Assembly: GCA_964016885.1 (NCBI GenBank)
Contig: OZ024743.1
Location: forward strand, 170,562,001-170,626,000
Direction: 5' to 3'
Origin: Eledone cirrhosa
Lineage: Eukaryota
DNA: 64,000 nt
The translations under genes were made by a program, and so were the position numbers. Shown in pieces: positions 11,340 through 24,002 of this stretch; position 1 is the first letter of the stretch, and every line of letters starts with the position of its first letter. The notes under the pieces are model-generated. The model ran no database searches. It had not been told where the DNA came from and saw nothing but the letters and a program-made list of their open reading frames with translations.

Positions 11340-14290
11340 TGGGTATGGCCTTGTCATGGTGAGGGGCTTGTGTGTTCCATAAATCCGAGAGAGTATTACC
11401 ATCTGGAGCTTTGTTCCTGGTAGGGCCACCTTAGGCAGGCCATTCTCTTGGGGAGGTTCCAGACCAACAGTGACTCGTGGCATGTTGGCTTGCCACTAGG
11501 ATGGCAGCCCCATCATCTGACTATTCTGCGAAGGGCCAACAACCCATCCAGAAGAACCCTCAACCTGTTACGAAACCGACCAGAAGAAACCGGACTGTCC
11601 AACATCGGAACTGACCTCTGTAGGCCGCCCACCAACAAGAAATTGATTTATGACACAAAGTCCGTGTTGCCACATGGAATGTCCTGTCATTCCTGTCTCG
11701 AGAGTTATCACATTACAAATCACATTGATCGTACTTTGTGAATTCATCACAGGAGACCACTGTCTTATCTGAAGTGGCCTTGAGGATAGGACGGACCTCA
11801 TGTCCAAGTATGTCTGCTAGTCACTCATCAGCTGGAACCCGGTGAGTGACTGGTTGCTGGCTGCCTGTTTTCTCCACCGCAGAAGATGACTACAGACGTC
11901 ACAGAGAACACTGTCATGGATGACTTTTACAACCAGCTTCAAAAGGTCTTGGGACAAATCCCACCCATGACATCACAATCATCCTAACCGACACCAACGC
12001 TACCATCTCTTCTTTCACCAGGGTCACCCCAACTGACCCATTGCAGACTCAGCCCATTAGCACAACCCTCGCCAACCCACCCACCAATAACAACGGTGGT
12101 CGCCTGCTGCTCCTCTGCCATTACAACAATCTCTGCATTGCCAACAGCTGGTTCCTCTGCAAACTCATCCATCACTGGACCTGGTACAGTCTGGGCGATT
12201 AAACCTGGATGGTAATTGACCACATCATCATCTCCTGCCGCTGGGGTCATTTGTCACTAACTGCCTGGTTTACAGAGGAACTCAACTCAGCAATATGGAT
12301 CATCAGCTGCTGGTTGCGACACTGAGGTTGTGAGCAGAACCTGAAACCTTAACTCATCTTGTCTCTGTGATCCCAATATAAGCTCTACATTTCCGTGCCC
12401 CATTGCCAATCACTTCAGCGTCCTAGCCAAGGATGAGACTGACAACTGGGAGATCTTTAAATCAAGTGTAAACCAGTCTGCGACATACTGGGAAACTCAA
12501 GACCACTTCCCAAACGGCCCTGGATTTCACTGCTACACAACAAGGCCATGACAGATGACCGGGTGAAGTTTTGGGTGGAAGAAGCTGAGTGCCTGGAAAA
12601 AGCGGCAAAGAACAACAACCTCAGCCAGGTATTCAACACACTCTGCAGAGCTCATGCCGATCCCCAGAATAAGGCAGCCTTGGTGAAGGCTACCAATCGC
12701 AACATCATCACCACTAAAACCACCTAGCTCAAACGCTGGAAGGAGCACTTCAGCCTTCTTCTGCATCACCCACCTGTCCCAGTCAACCCCTGCCTAACCA
12801 CCACTGCAGCCACAGCTTCAGCCAACGACTCCTGCAGACTTGATCCTGTCACTCCCAATGAAGTCGGGGCCGCCCTGAAGAAGCTCAAAAACCACAAAGC
12901 CCTTGGAATCTGCACTATCACTGCGGAGATGTTGAGGGTGGGGGGAGATAACATAATCCCGTGGCTCATCCATATCATCAACAATGTATGAGTGTCAGAG
13001 CGATTCCCAAATGACTAGCCCCGAGGCATTATCCTCCCCTTCTGGAAATGGAAGGGCAACAAACTCATCTGCAACAACTACAAAAGCATCACGCTTCTCT
13101 CCATCTCAGACAAGGTCTTCACAAAGATCCTCCTTAACCATGCTCTGCCAGCCATTAGAAGTGGAAGTCGCCCACAACAAGCTGGATTCATGCCTAATCG
13201 ATCAAACACTGACCACATTTCTGCCCTCTGCCTCATTATTGGAAAATCTCAGGAGTTCCATGGAGATCGCTACCTCTGCATCGTCTTCATCGACCTCAAG
13301 TTGGCTTTCAGCACAGTCAACCATGCATCCCTCTAGAAAATTCTCCAGCTTGTCGGCGTGCCTCCCAAGATCACCACCCTGTTCCAATGGCTCTATAGCA
13401 GTGCTGAGAGTTGCATGTAGGTGAATGGGAAGGACTTCAGCTGGTTCCCCATTAACAGCGGGGTCAGACATGGCTGCGTGGCTGCCCTGACCTCTTCAAC
13501 TGTGTCATTGAGTATCTGATGACCAAGGTTTGTGAGCGAGCTTCTGACATTACCTTCGGGAATTACCACCTAACCGACCTGTAGTACGCAGACGACGCCC
13601 TACTCAGCAACTCAATCAATCAGCTCAGAGATACTCTGGCCATATACCGGGAGGAATCAGCAAAGCTTGGCCTTCATGTAAGCTGAGTGAAGACAAAGCT
13701 GATGCATGTCGACAATAGCTCGAATCCTCCTCTGCTTCATGTTGGCTCCAACGCTGTGGGGTTTGTCAGCTTCATTTACCTGGGCTCAACTCACCAGCAA
13801 CGGAGACCTGACCCCAGAGATTAACTGCAGATGTGGCCTGGCTGCCAGGAGCATGCACTCCCTATGGAAGGTCCTTTGGCACCATTGCTCAATCTCCCAG
13901 AAGATGAAGCTCTGTATTTACAATGTATCAGTCTTCTCCATTCTCCTCTATGGAGCGAAAATATGGCCCCTAAGACCCTGACAAAGAGGATTGACAGCTT
14001 CGATAGCAGAGCCCTGATGGGACCACCACGTTTCCAACAAAGTGTTGTGTACATGCATGCATCAGCCCACAGCTTCCCGCCACATAGTTATCAGCCACTT
14101 GCACTGGTACGGACATATCCTCTGCCTTCCATCAGATCATCCTACCAGGGTCTTACTCTCATTCGATGCAGTGGCTGCAGGCTAGAAGAGGCCCCGCAGC
14201 AGGCCTCTCACCAGATGGCTGGATATCATCAGGGAAGATTTCCGGAGGCTCGACATCAACTTGAAGGATGCAGAGGAGCTGGCACGGGAA
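11340..14290 (+). mobile_element. Second RTE-clade LINE family, near full length, heavily degenerate and GC-rich
   Basis: RTE-type 5'UTR (GGCCTTGTCATGGTGAGGGGCTTG); broken endonuclease; QQAGF, FIDL..AF, GVRHGC..P, YADD, IYLG and ILLYGA motifs. Confidence 0.8.
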
Positions 14291-14929
14291 TTCCATATTA
14301 TTTTTTGTACCTAGACTATTGGTTTGGTGTAGAGTTGCAGGTTGCGAGGAGGATATTTTCGTATATTTTCCACTAGGAGTATTATGTTTATTTTTTTCAT
14401 ATATGTAAAGGCATTTTTTATTTAGCTATTTATATAACCCTCTAACTTCATAGTTGTGGAGTAAGATAATCTAACTGTATTTCTATTTATTATTTTGTGG
14501 TATCTATGTGATTGTGGAAAATTTCTATCAATTATATTAAATAATATGGGAGGTAGTTCAGATTTAATATCAGTATTATGTGGAGGGTTCTACCACAGGT
14601 ATGATTTCGGTAAAATCTACACAATAAAAAAATATTTCAATCTTAAAATCCTGAAAATATGTTGCTTATCCTACCATTTATAGAAGTAACATATAAAGAT
14701 AACATCCCACATAGAAAGAAATAAAATCAGAATAAAGATTACAATTTGTACAGTTCAGATCCTGAAAATATTTAACATTATTACAATTTGTAAAAATTTC
14801 ACCCGAACATGACAAAACAAACGTTAGAATTAAATTAACATGGGAAAATATTAAAAACCGTATAAATATTAAACATACATGTATAAGGAAAAATATTTCA
14901 CTCTTCAAATCCTGATGCTACATTTTTTT

Positions 14930-15480
14930 AAAAAGATTTTACTGCTACTTCAATTGTCACAGTGTTCCATGATTTCAGGACCCACTCACATACTTCAGCA
15001 ATTGTTGGCCTTTTCAAACGACTCATTAGTGTTAGGTCATGGTCCATGGCCTCCATCTACTGATTCCACTCTTCTTTCATAAATGCCTTAAAAGGCTTGT
15101 TGATTGATATGTCCAGTGGTTGTAATTGGCTTGTTAAACTACCAGGGATCATTGCCATTTTCCTTTTCAATTTCTGCACCCTTTCTTAAATAGTCTGTGT
15201 TTTGTGAGCACGAAAATGGTCCCACACAAGAAGAGATGCTTTTTGAAGGAGGCCACCATAACGCCTTGACCAGACCTTATCTAACCATAACTTCACTCCA
15301 TCTTCAACCATCCACCCCTTTGGGTGAATGTGAACAAAAGTTCCATGTGGAATTTTGTCTTTTGGTAGTTTTCCTCTTCAAAATAAGTTTTCTCACTTAC
15401 AGTTTTGGACCCTTTCTATTTGAAACCACACCAAACATTAGTAGCACTTCATACATTGTTTTCAATCTGACCGAGTTCAT
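14930..15480 (-). pseudogene. pogo/Tigger-type DDE transposase fragment
   Basis: Minus-strand translation gives KGWMVEDGVKLWLDKVWSRR..SLLVWDHFRAH and IPGSLTSQLQPLDISINKPFK-like motifs. Confidence 0.7.
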
Positions 15481-15604
15481 AGTCTCTTTTCTTGCACTGA
15501 TTATGAACCCGTGAAATTCGATTATTTTGTTATCATAATCTTCATGTACTTTTTGTCCTATTCTTGTTTTCAGTCTGAGCCGTTTCATAAATCTGTAACA
15601 CCAA

Positions 15605-16590
15605 CTTCATATGGACAGACCGGTTAAATTGCTAGGGGTCTGGTTCGGTCCGGACCTCCAGACGGACGAAAACTGGGATGAGGTGATAACCAGGGTGGCT
15701 TCTCTCACCCAGAAATGGACAGAGAGGAAGCTATCCCTGAAAGGTCGAGCGGAGGTGGCAAATGCGTACATCGCGTCCGTCATCTACTACCGCCTGACCA
15801 TCGTGCCTTGTCCTAAGCCTCGCCTGACTGTACTGGAGTGTTTATAGAGGATTAGTACAGGGGAAGAGCGACGATGTGCTTGGGGAAACTCTAGGCATCA
15901 ACGAAAATCAACTAGCCAATCTCTTCAGAAGAACTTTCGGGCCGAGGCCTATGGACAATTTCCAGAAATCCCTAGCCTGGCAGTGCTACCAAGGAGCTTT
16001 GCCAGTTCGGGATATCTCTACAGGCATGGAAGTGCCGTCAACCGGGCATGTCCGAGATGCACGCTAGGCGACGAAACCATCCTGCATGCACTTGTCCAGT
16101 GTCCGAGCATTGCTGACTTGTGGGTTTATGTCGAACACCTGCTGTCGCGTGTAGAACGGATCCGGCTATCAGCTGAGTCCATCGTGAGGATTGCCCCGCC
16201 CTCTTCCTTTAGCCGGGAAGGACAGGCAGTTTTTATCTGTCTGGTGACCATGGCGAAAGAGATAGTATGGTGGATGCGTCTGAAAGGGCTGAAGACGAGC
16301 ACTTACCTCTTCGGTGATGCCCTGATTAACTTTTGCAAATTTCATTTGAAAAGGAAAATCAGGGTAGAGAGGGAAGTGTTCTCTTCCCAGCTTTTTGTTG
16401 AAAGATGGGTGAGAGAGGCAAGAATGGACCTACTCTGAGTATATGCCTGTAAATTGAAGGTGGAAAACTGGGAGAGGACACTTGCCCTGGTGGTCAGGGT
16501 CACCGTGGCTTTTTTAATGGGCTGTCTCCACGATGGCCCTCGGAAGTCTCCCGCCTATTGGGGAATTTTTCATTGTTCTTTTTATTACAT
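15605..16590 (+). mobile_element. Tx1/L1-clade LINE 3' fragment (post-RT region and CCHC-like zinc finger)
   Basis: LLGVWFGPDLQ..W..RKLSLKGRAEVAN; CPRC..DETILHALVQC. Sister copy at 34046-34980. Confidence 0.78.
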
Positions 16591-17139
16591 AGAAGCCCTT
16601 TCCACGGTGAGTAGAAGGGCAATGTCCGTGGCACCCGTACCAAGGCCACGGACAACTAAAGCAACAGCATCAGTGGCGGCAACACCAATAGCTACATTTG
16701 AAGTAGATACACCAGCAACAAAATTGCCGAAGAGGGCTCCACTACCACCACCAACAGCTGTGGAGCACATACCCCTCCCAGATGCCACGGAATCCGACAT
16801 GTAGTTTGAGGCGGGAGTGAAGTGGCAAACGGTCTGCCACAAAAAACAAAAAACAAAAAAACCTTTACATTCATCCTCCAAAAGCGAAGGCACACAAAGA
16901 GGGGTAAATGCAGCAAGGAAACTTGCAGCAACACCACCACCATCACCATCACCACCACAAGCACCACCGCCAACAACAACCACACCACCACCAGCATCAC
17001 CAAAAACACCAACAACGCAAACAAAACAAAACACATAAAATAGAATTCAATAAAATAAAGTTCCAGTAATGCACTGGGTAATTGCTGGCCTTGTGCCAAA
17101 AGTAGAAACAATTATTATTATTATTATTATTATTATTAT

Positions 17140-17525
17140 TTGAGTCTCAGTCATTGATGTTATTTAACTGGAAAGTTTGTTCAAATGAACATCAAGCCGA
17201 TACCTGCAGCCTCAGATATTCAGGATGTATCAGAGGGTGTTTGTTGTTTCCAGCAAGCATTACTTTTGAAGTGTTCCAAAAAAGGAGGCTGGACTAATGT
17301 TCTTTAACCCTCTTTGAAAACTCTAGTGCTCCTATGACAATTGGGATGACCTTGATCTCATGACAGTCCCAAATCCTTTTTAACTTCCACTTTAAATCCT
17401 GGTATCGGTTAATTTTTTCCTTCTCCTTTTCTTGCCCTCTTGTGTCAAAGGGGCAGGCTACATCTACAATCAGGCATGGATCTTTTTACCTTGTCAAAAA
17501 CCACCAGGTCAGGTCTATTGTGTTC
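17140..17525 (-). mobile_element. R4/Dong-like retrotransposon 3' fragment (restriction-like endonuclease)
   Basis: Minus strand NRPDLVV.DK..., EKEKI.RYQDLKVEVKRIW motifs, degenerate. Confidence 0.55.
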
Positions 17526-17756
17526 TAAATTGTTGATGTTGGTGGTGGTGGTGGTGGTGGTGGTGGTGTTGTTGTTGTTGTTTCTACTAGCTTTTACAGT
17601 ATTTATATTTTTATTAATATTAAGTTCTCTATTAACTTTATTATAGCTAAGTTTAGAAATATATTTATGTGTAAAAATCCTATTATTGGCTTATTTAAAT
17701 GTAGGGTTGAGCTGTATTTCCTCATTATACCCTGATCTTGTAAGAACTTCATTATT

Positions 17757-19452
17757 AGGGGTTGATGAATGGCTTGTGAGAGCTATACAAGCCATGTATA
17801 AAGAAACAGTCAGCAAGGTTAGAATTAACAACGAATATAGTGAAGGATTTAGCATAAAAGTTGGTGTTCATCAGGGCTCTGTCCTTAACCCCCTCCTATT
17901 TATTATTGCCCTTCAGGCTATAACAGAGGGCTCGAGTGGAGAGACGGAGTCGTTCGATGTTGGGTGAGCTGATCCGCAATGTTCTCCTCCCACCTCCACA
18001 CCCTAACTGGCGTAAGCGCGTTGGCGGGCAGCTGAAGACCTGGGCAACGACGATCAAGGAGGACCTCTCCAAACTCTCAGGTTCGCAGGTGGTCGGCCTG
18101 CGCCGATGGAACCGTGAGTGGCTCGCTATCTCCAGTGACCTAGCCCGGCACCGTCATGCGTGGGCTGCCATGGTTCGGGATACCGTCGAGACAAGGGAAG
18201 AAGCCGGCTCAACCCATCCAGGGTGAATGTCGACACAAGTACAAGTATAACAGAGGAGTTCAAGACCAGCTGTCCATGGGAACTTCTATACACAGAGGAC
18301 CTAACGCTCATAGCTGAATCGATAGATGAACTAGTGAAGAAATTCCAAACATGGAAGCATGGCCTAGAATCAAAAGGTCTTAAAGTTAACTTGTCTAAGA
18401 CTAAAGTTCTAGTATGTAGGAAGGAAAATAGGGCACAGGTCCCCTCTGGGAAATGGCCATGCTCAGTGTGTAGGAAAGGAGTAGGCAGAAATTCCATTTT
18501 ATGTCCCAAATGCAAAGTATGGGTGCATAAAAGATGTAGTGGGATTATATGTAAGCTATCTAAGAACGTAGATTGTATATGTGGCCGGTGCTCAGGTGCA
18601 ATAAGTAGCAAACGCTCACAGGATACTAGCTCCTTCTATTGCCCAGATGGCTCTATAGAAATAGTGGACACTTTCTGTTACCTGGGTGACAAAATCAGCA
18701 GTGGTGGAGGGTGTTCAGAAAGTACAGTAGCTAGAGTCAGAACGGGATGGAAAAAGTTCAGAGAGCTTATACCACTATTGGCCGCTAAAGGTTTCTCTCT
18801 AAAAATGAAAGGTAGACTGTATGATGCCTGCATACGAACAGCAATGTTACATGGCAGTGAGACATGGGCATTGTGTGCAGAGGATCTGCGCAGACTGGAG
18901 AGGAACGAAGCATGCATGCTCCACTGAATGTGTAATAGTAATATATGTGAACAGCAAAGCATAAAGGAACTAAGTGAGAAATTAGGTATATGAGGGATCA
19001 GATGCTGTTTACTCGAGAGAAGACTACCATGGTATGGTCACGTGATGCGCATGAAAGACGACAGGTGTATAAAAAAGTGCAGGGCGATCAAATTTGACGG
19101 AAGTTATGGAGTAGGCAGACCCAGATAAACCTGGGACGATTTGATAAATTCCGACCTTACACACTTACACCTCTCCAAGACAATGTCGCTGGACCGAGAT
19201 CTTTGGCGCTACGCAGAAATACAGAAAACCCGCCTTAGAAACCTACAGTCAGTAGGCACCTCTTAATAAAATATACACCCCCTCCCCCACCCCCATCAAC
19301 ACCACCCCTTTCTCTGTAAACGTGGTTGGTCTTAGGAAGGACATCCAGCCATAGAAAACCTGCCAAGACGACCAAACTTGCTTCAAGTGGGACAATTCCC
19401 GTCTAAACCCATGCTAGCGTGGAAGATAGACATTAAACGATGGTGATGATGA
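17757..19452 (+). mobile_element. RTE LINE 3' half, interrupted by a nested RTE fragment
   Basis: GVHQGSVL, WELLY.ED, Cys/His finger, FCYLG and MLHGSETW motifs; 3'UTR and (GAT)n tail. Confidence 0.9.
17930..18245 (+). mobile_element. 5'-truncated RTE-type LINE end of a different lineage, with 11-bp TSD
   Basis: TSD TATAACAGAGG at 17919-17929 and 18246-18256; ACAAGT tail repeat; encodes GGQLKTWATTIKEDL..GLRRWNREW. Confidence 0.85.
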
Positions 19453-19454
19453 TT

Positions 19455-20270
19455 TGGGGTGAAAATATATTTATTGGCCGAAAGGCTAGAAATTCTACCT
19501 GATACATTATTAATAATAGATTTAATAGACTTTGGGTGATTCAAATTTTTATGCACATAATATAAAAATCCACCAGGTTTATAATAGGGTCTAAAAAGTT
19601 CAGTATTTAAATCCAGTCTAACATCAAAGAAATTAACAACTTTAATATTATTTTCTATCGTTATAGTTAGGTTATATTTAAAAAAAAACTTCCTCTCTCA
19701 AAGGCAGGACTACCTTTTTGTAATATTTGTAAGTTCTAAAGCCATAGAAAGTGCTTCATTAATGAGAGTAGGAAAAATGGAAGCATAATAATTGTCAATA
19801 TCAAATTGCAAAAATTTCACATTATTCTTATTATCTAAACAAACTACTCAATAACTCCGCTAGTATTACCTTATAAGTTAAGTGTGGTTTTCTGTTTGAT
19901 AGCAGAAATAATTCTATTGAGGATACTTTTACTAATTCTTCCTACATCCGAAGCTGAAGTGCATATTAATCTAATTGATGGGTTATTCATGAAGTCTTTT
20001 TAATAGTCTTTAAAGTTTAACTGGGGGTTTCAAAATATAATGTTCAGTGTATTTTTCTAAATTCAGTTGTATCACAATATCTTTACTCTACCTATTAATT
20101 TCAGTTAAGTTAGCTTTATTATTTTTCTTTTTTATATTTTGTATTTAGTTCTTCATAGATGAAGTTAAAGTCCATACTGTATATATTTTTAGGTTTGTCA
20201 GCATATACATGTATTTTTTCTGTTTTTCAAAATAGTTAATTGTAGTATTAAATTGTTCAAGAATGAGTTA
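19455..20270 (-). mobile_element. Penelope-like RT fragment (AT-rich, degenerate)
   Basis: Minus strand PSIRLICTSASDVGRISKSIL, FLQFDIDNYYASI and VNFFDV.LDL motifs. Confidence 0.65.
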
Positions 20271-20277
20271 TAATATT

Positions 20278-20850
20278 ACTCTATTATGTGTTCCAGCCAA
20301 GGGGCTGAGGCCATACTGGGGCACTGCCATTGATGTTACACTTTCTATAGCCAGCCTTCCCTGGTTAGCTATTAATGCAAAAGGGTGTTTGTTGTTGCCA
20401 CCCTTATTTGCACTTCACCTCATGCTGTGGGTTCATCCAGGATCTTGTTCAGTAGAATGTCGAAATGTCTTTTGAAAACATCTACATGTAGATCTCTCAG
20501 ATTCTTTGGCAGCTTACTAAAAAGCTGGCCTATTGAAGTATGTGGTCCTTATTCTTGATGTGGCAGATGGGACCTTTGGCACTACACAGTAGCATACTGT
20601 GAGCTGGTCCTACCTTCAATGCCAAAGTTTGGTGCTAACCCCTTCCAGGATCTTCCATACTTATATCAATGCATATCCCTCCCATCTTCACTCCAGAGAG
20701 TAAAGCTTTAGTTTTTTTCAGCCTCTCCCAGTAGCTCATCTCTTTCATTGAAACAATCCTCTTGGTGTAGCTTTGTTGGATTGATTCAAGTTCTGCAATT
20801 AGTTTGACACTGTGGGGTGACCACAGCTGAGAGCAATAGTCTAGGTTTTC
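20278..20850 (-). mobile_element. CR1/L2-group LINE 3' fragment
   Basis: LDYCSQLWSP..LESIQ..YWERLKKLKLYSLE. A shorter copy of the same tail lies at 45512-45748. Confidence 0.78.
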
Positions 20851-21449
20851 TAAATTTGATATTTTTTATCATATTAAACAAATCATTTTCAAAATAATCC
20901 AACATAACATTATGAAGTGGGTTCTTATATGTACTAAATCCAAATTTATATGGTGCAGTTTTGTAGTTTTTCTTCCCATGATAAAAATTCTTTCATCATA
21001 CATATCAGATAAATGAGTTAATATTGATAATAAAATATTTCAAATATATTTTCATGCACTGGGATACATTTAGAGTACATATATATATTTATATATAAAC
21101 CATTTACATGTTCATGTAAATATAAACACAGTTTGTACACACATACACATTGTTAAATGGCAGTAAAATGGTTTGAATGAGTTGAGTAAGAGGAGGAAGT
21201 AACAACAGCCATCCTACTGCACTAATAACCACCCTTTTACTACCATCAACCTGCTGCAGTACACCCTGTATATTGCTAATTATATATATATATATTGAGA
21301 CCACATTAAAGGAAACTTGCCAGCTGAGTTAAGAGCAAAACAAGATACCACAAATATGCAAATGTTATTCTCTTATACACACACAAATATGCAAATGTTA
21401 TTCTCTTATACACACACACACACGTATGTGTGTGTGTAAGTGTATATAA

Positions 21450-21630
21450 TGATTTCTAATTCAGGCACAAAGCCAGAAATATGTGGGGAGGGGAAAGTCG
21501 ATTATGTCAATCCAGTACTTTACTGATACTTTATCTTATTGACCCCAAAATGATGAAAAGCAAAATTGACTTTGGCAGACATTGAACTCAGAATGTAAAG
21601 AGCCATAGCAAATACTACAAAGCATTTTCC
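21450..21630 (-). mobile_element. SINE (Meta-core family), diverged
   Basis: Reverse complement resembles the 7545-7922 family. Confidence 0.6.
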
Positions 21631-21644
21631 TGTTTGTTTGTATA

Positions 21645-22660
21645 TTATCATCATCATCGTTTAACGTCCATTTTCCATGCTAGCATAAGTTAAATTAACT
21701 GTCCTGTTGTGAGACAGAACTGATTTTGGCTTGGTTTCTATAGCTGAATGTTTTCCCTAACACCAATCACATTTACAGTGCGGAACTGGGTGATCCCACT
21801 TATGAGGCAAATCTGGCCAGTTGGTCACGCCATACATTGCTCATAGCGGGGCCATGTTTTGGCTGGGTTTTTACAGTTGCTAGATGCCATTCCTCACATC
21901 AACCTCATTTACAGTATGGGACTGGGTGGTTCTGTTATGAGGGACTGGCCAATCAGCAGGTTCATGTATTTTAGCTGGATTTTTGCGGTTGTTGAATACC
22001 CTTCCTAACACCAACCACATTTATAGCATGGACTGGGGGGTCCCATTATGAGACATGTCCAGCCAGTTGGATGCACTGTACCTCGCTCATAGCCTGACCA
22101 TGTTTTGCAGTGTGAAATTGAGTGGTTCTGTTATGAGGAGGGTCTGGCCAGTTGACCGTGCCATACCCTGTTCATAGTGGAACCATGTGGTTCCATTATA
22201 AGGGAGGTCTGGCCAATTGGCCATGCGTACCTTGCTTAAAGCGGGATCATGTTTTGGTTGTGTTTGTGCTGTTGCTGGATGCCCTTCATAACACCAATCC
22301 TGTTTACAGCATGGGACTGGGTTGTCCTGTTATGATGTAAGTCTGGCCAGTTGGCCACACCGTACCTTGTTCATAGTGGGACAGCATTTTAGTTGGGTTT
22401 TTATGCCCTTCTTAAGCCTCAACCACATTTAGTGTGGGACTGGTGGGTGTTCCATTATGTGGTAAGTCTGACCAGTTTACTGCGTCATGCCTTAGTATTA
22501 ATGAAACCATATTTTGGCTGGGATTTACAACAGGATGCCCATTTCTAATACCGACCACATTTACCGTGTGAAACTGGTTATTACCATTATGTTTTATGTG
22601 GCTGCTGGTTGCCCTTCCTAAGCACTCACCATGCTTACAGTATTGGCTCAACTGGGTTGT
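21645..22660 (-). repeat. Degenerate tandem array (~60/120-bp units) built from the RTE 3'UTR
   Basis: Repeated CCCTTCCTAACACCAACCACATTTACAG..GGACTGGG..TTATGAGG..GGCCAGTTGG units following a (CAT)n RTE tail. Confidence 0.75.
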
Positions 22661-22679
22661 CCAGCCAAATCATCTGCAT

Positions 22680-23965
22680 AGAGAAGTTCCTATGAACAGC
22701 TAGTTTTAAATCCTCTATTATGGCCATGAGAATTTTGATATGCTAAGAACCAAACCTTGATGAACTCCTGCCTGTACCTTGAATTCCTTATTAAACTCAC
22801 TTCCTCCTCTTACTTTACTAACAGCTCGAGGTACTCTGTCAAAGGCCTTTTCTAGATCAACAAAAGCTAAATACAGTGGTTATTCTTGGCTAGGAACATC
22901 TTTTGTAATTGCCTCACTAAGAGGAGGGCTTCTGTAGTACTTTTCCCAGGCATGGAACCAAACTGCATCTCGTTTAATTTGAATCTTCGTCAATTTCATA
23001 ACTTGATCCATTAGTTTTATCCCACTGTAATTGTTCCTTTATAGAGCATCACCTTTGCCCTTGTAGCAATTTATGATTGTATTACTGTGCCAGTCATTGG
23101 GCATGACTCCCTGTATTATCTGATTGACTATGCAGATTACTAGTTCGACTCTTACTTCTCCCAATGATTTTATCATATCAGTAACTATCTCTGACAGTCC
23201 CGCAACTTTACTATTCTTCAACTCTTTGATTGCTTCTTTGACCCTACAACTGTCAACTTCAACAGCTGGTTCCTCTGTTGGGTCAGTTAGGGGTAGTTTC
23301 TCTTCCTCCCATTCATTCTCTAAATTCAATCAATCTCTCATAGTAACATTTCCAGACCTCTTTATTTTGAGCATCGGTGGTGCTACATGCATCAACATTA
23401 TTTCTAGCACATTTTCCCCCCAACAACATCTTGATTTACACCAACACACTGCCTTACAATGCAAAACACTTTACATATCTAATCCTCACATCTTAAGACA
23501 TTGGCAAACTTGCTTTTTTAAGCCTTTCTCCAAGCTGTGTTTATCTGTTGTCTAGCTTCTTTCTAAGTACTGGTACTGGTCTCTGCTACTCCCATTTTTC
23601 CAGTCTTTCCATGCCTGTCTCTAAGCTTTAATAGCTCCATCCACTGTGCTGTTCAACCACCAGGTCACCCGTTGTCTGGAAGGTGCTTTGCTCCAGCCAC
23701 AAGTCTCATTAGTAGTTTGCAAAAGGTTGTCAGGTAGAAATTTCCAATTGTCCTCTATGTTATATGTTCCTAATTCGTCACCCCTCTTATCTACTGCATC
23801 CTATAGGGCCTTTCTAAACCTATGTTTAACTAAAAGGTCCCTTAGCCTCCACATCCTCCATCTCCATATTTTCCTGCTTATTGTGATTATTTTGATGTTG
23901 AAATAACTAACTTGTGTTAGCAGTGCATTCTTCTCCAAGGAAGCCCTTCGTGTTTATTATAGTCC
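22680..23965 (-). mobile_element. RTE LINE internal fragment, degenerate
   Basis: TWWLNS, CYKGKGDAL, FVDLEKAFD and GVHQG motifs on the minus strand. Confidence 0.85.
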
Positions 23966-24000
<35 letters not shown>

Positions 24001-24002
24001 CA

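Larger units (their letters stand above)
7930..14610 (-). mobile_element. Penelope-like element 3' part (GIY-YIG), split by hAT and RTE insertions into 7930-8133, 10966-11335 and 14290-14610
   Basis: W*NPPH..IDRNFPQSHRYHKIINRNTVRLSYS at ~14.45-14.6 kb; CNC..NKC..NIIYQC..YIGTT at 11003-11281. The frame AKTCHTLEVYHII..LINTSQE..C is restored across the hAT TSD. Confidence 0.75.

Noticed and set aside
16454-17111. Overlapping Pro/Thr-rich ORFs as a host gene
   Set aside because: Low-complexity ACC/AAC-rich tract beside a Tx1 fragment, with an internal stop and no splice evidence; more likely a retroelement ORF1 remnant.
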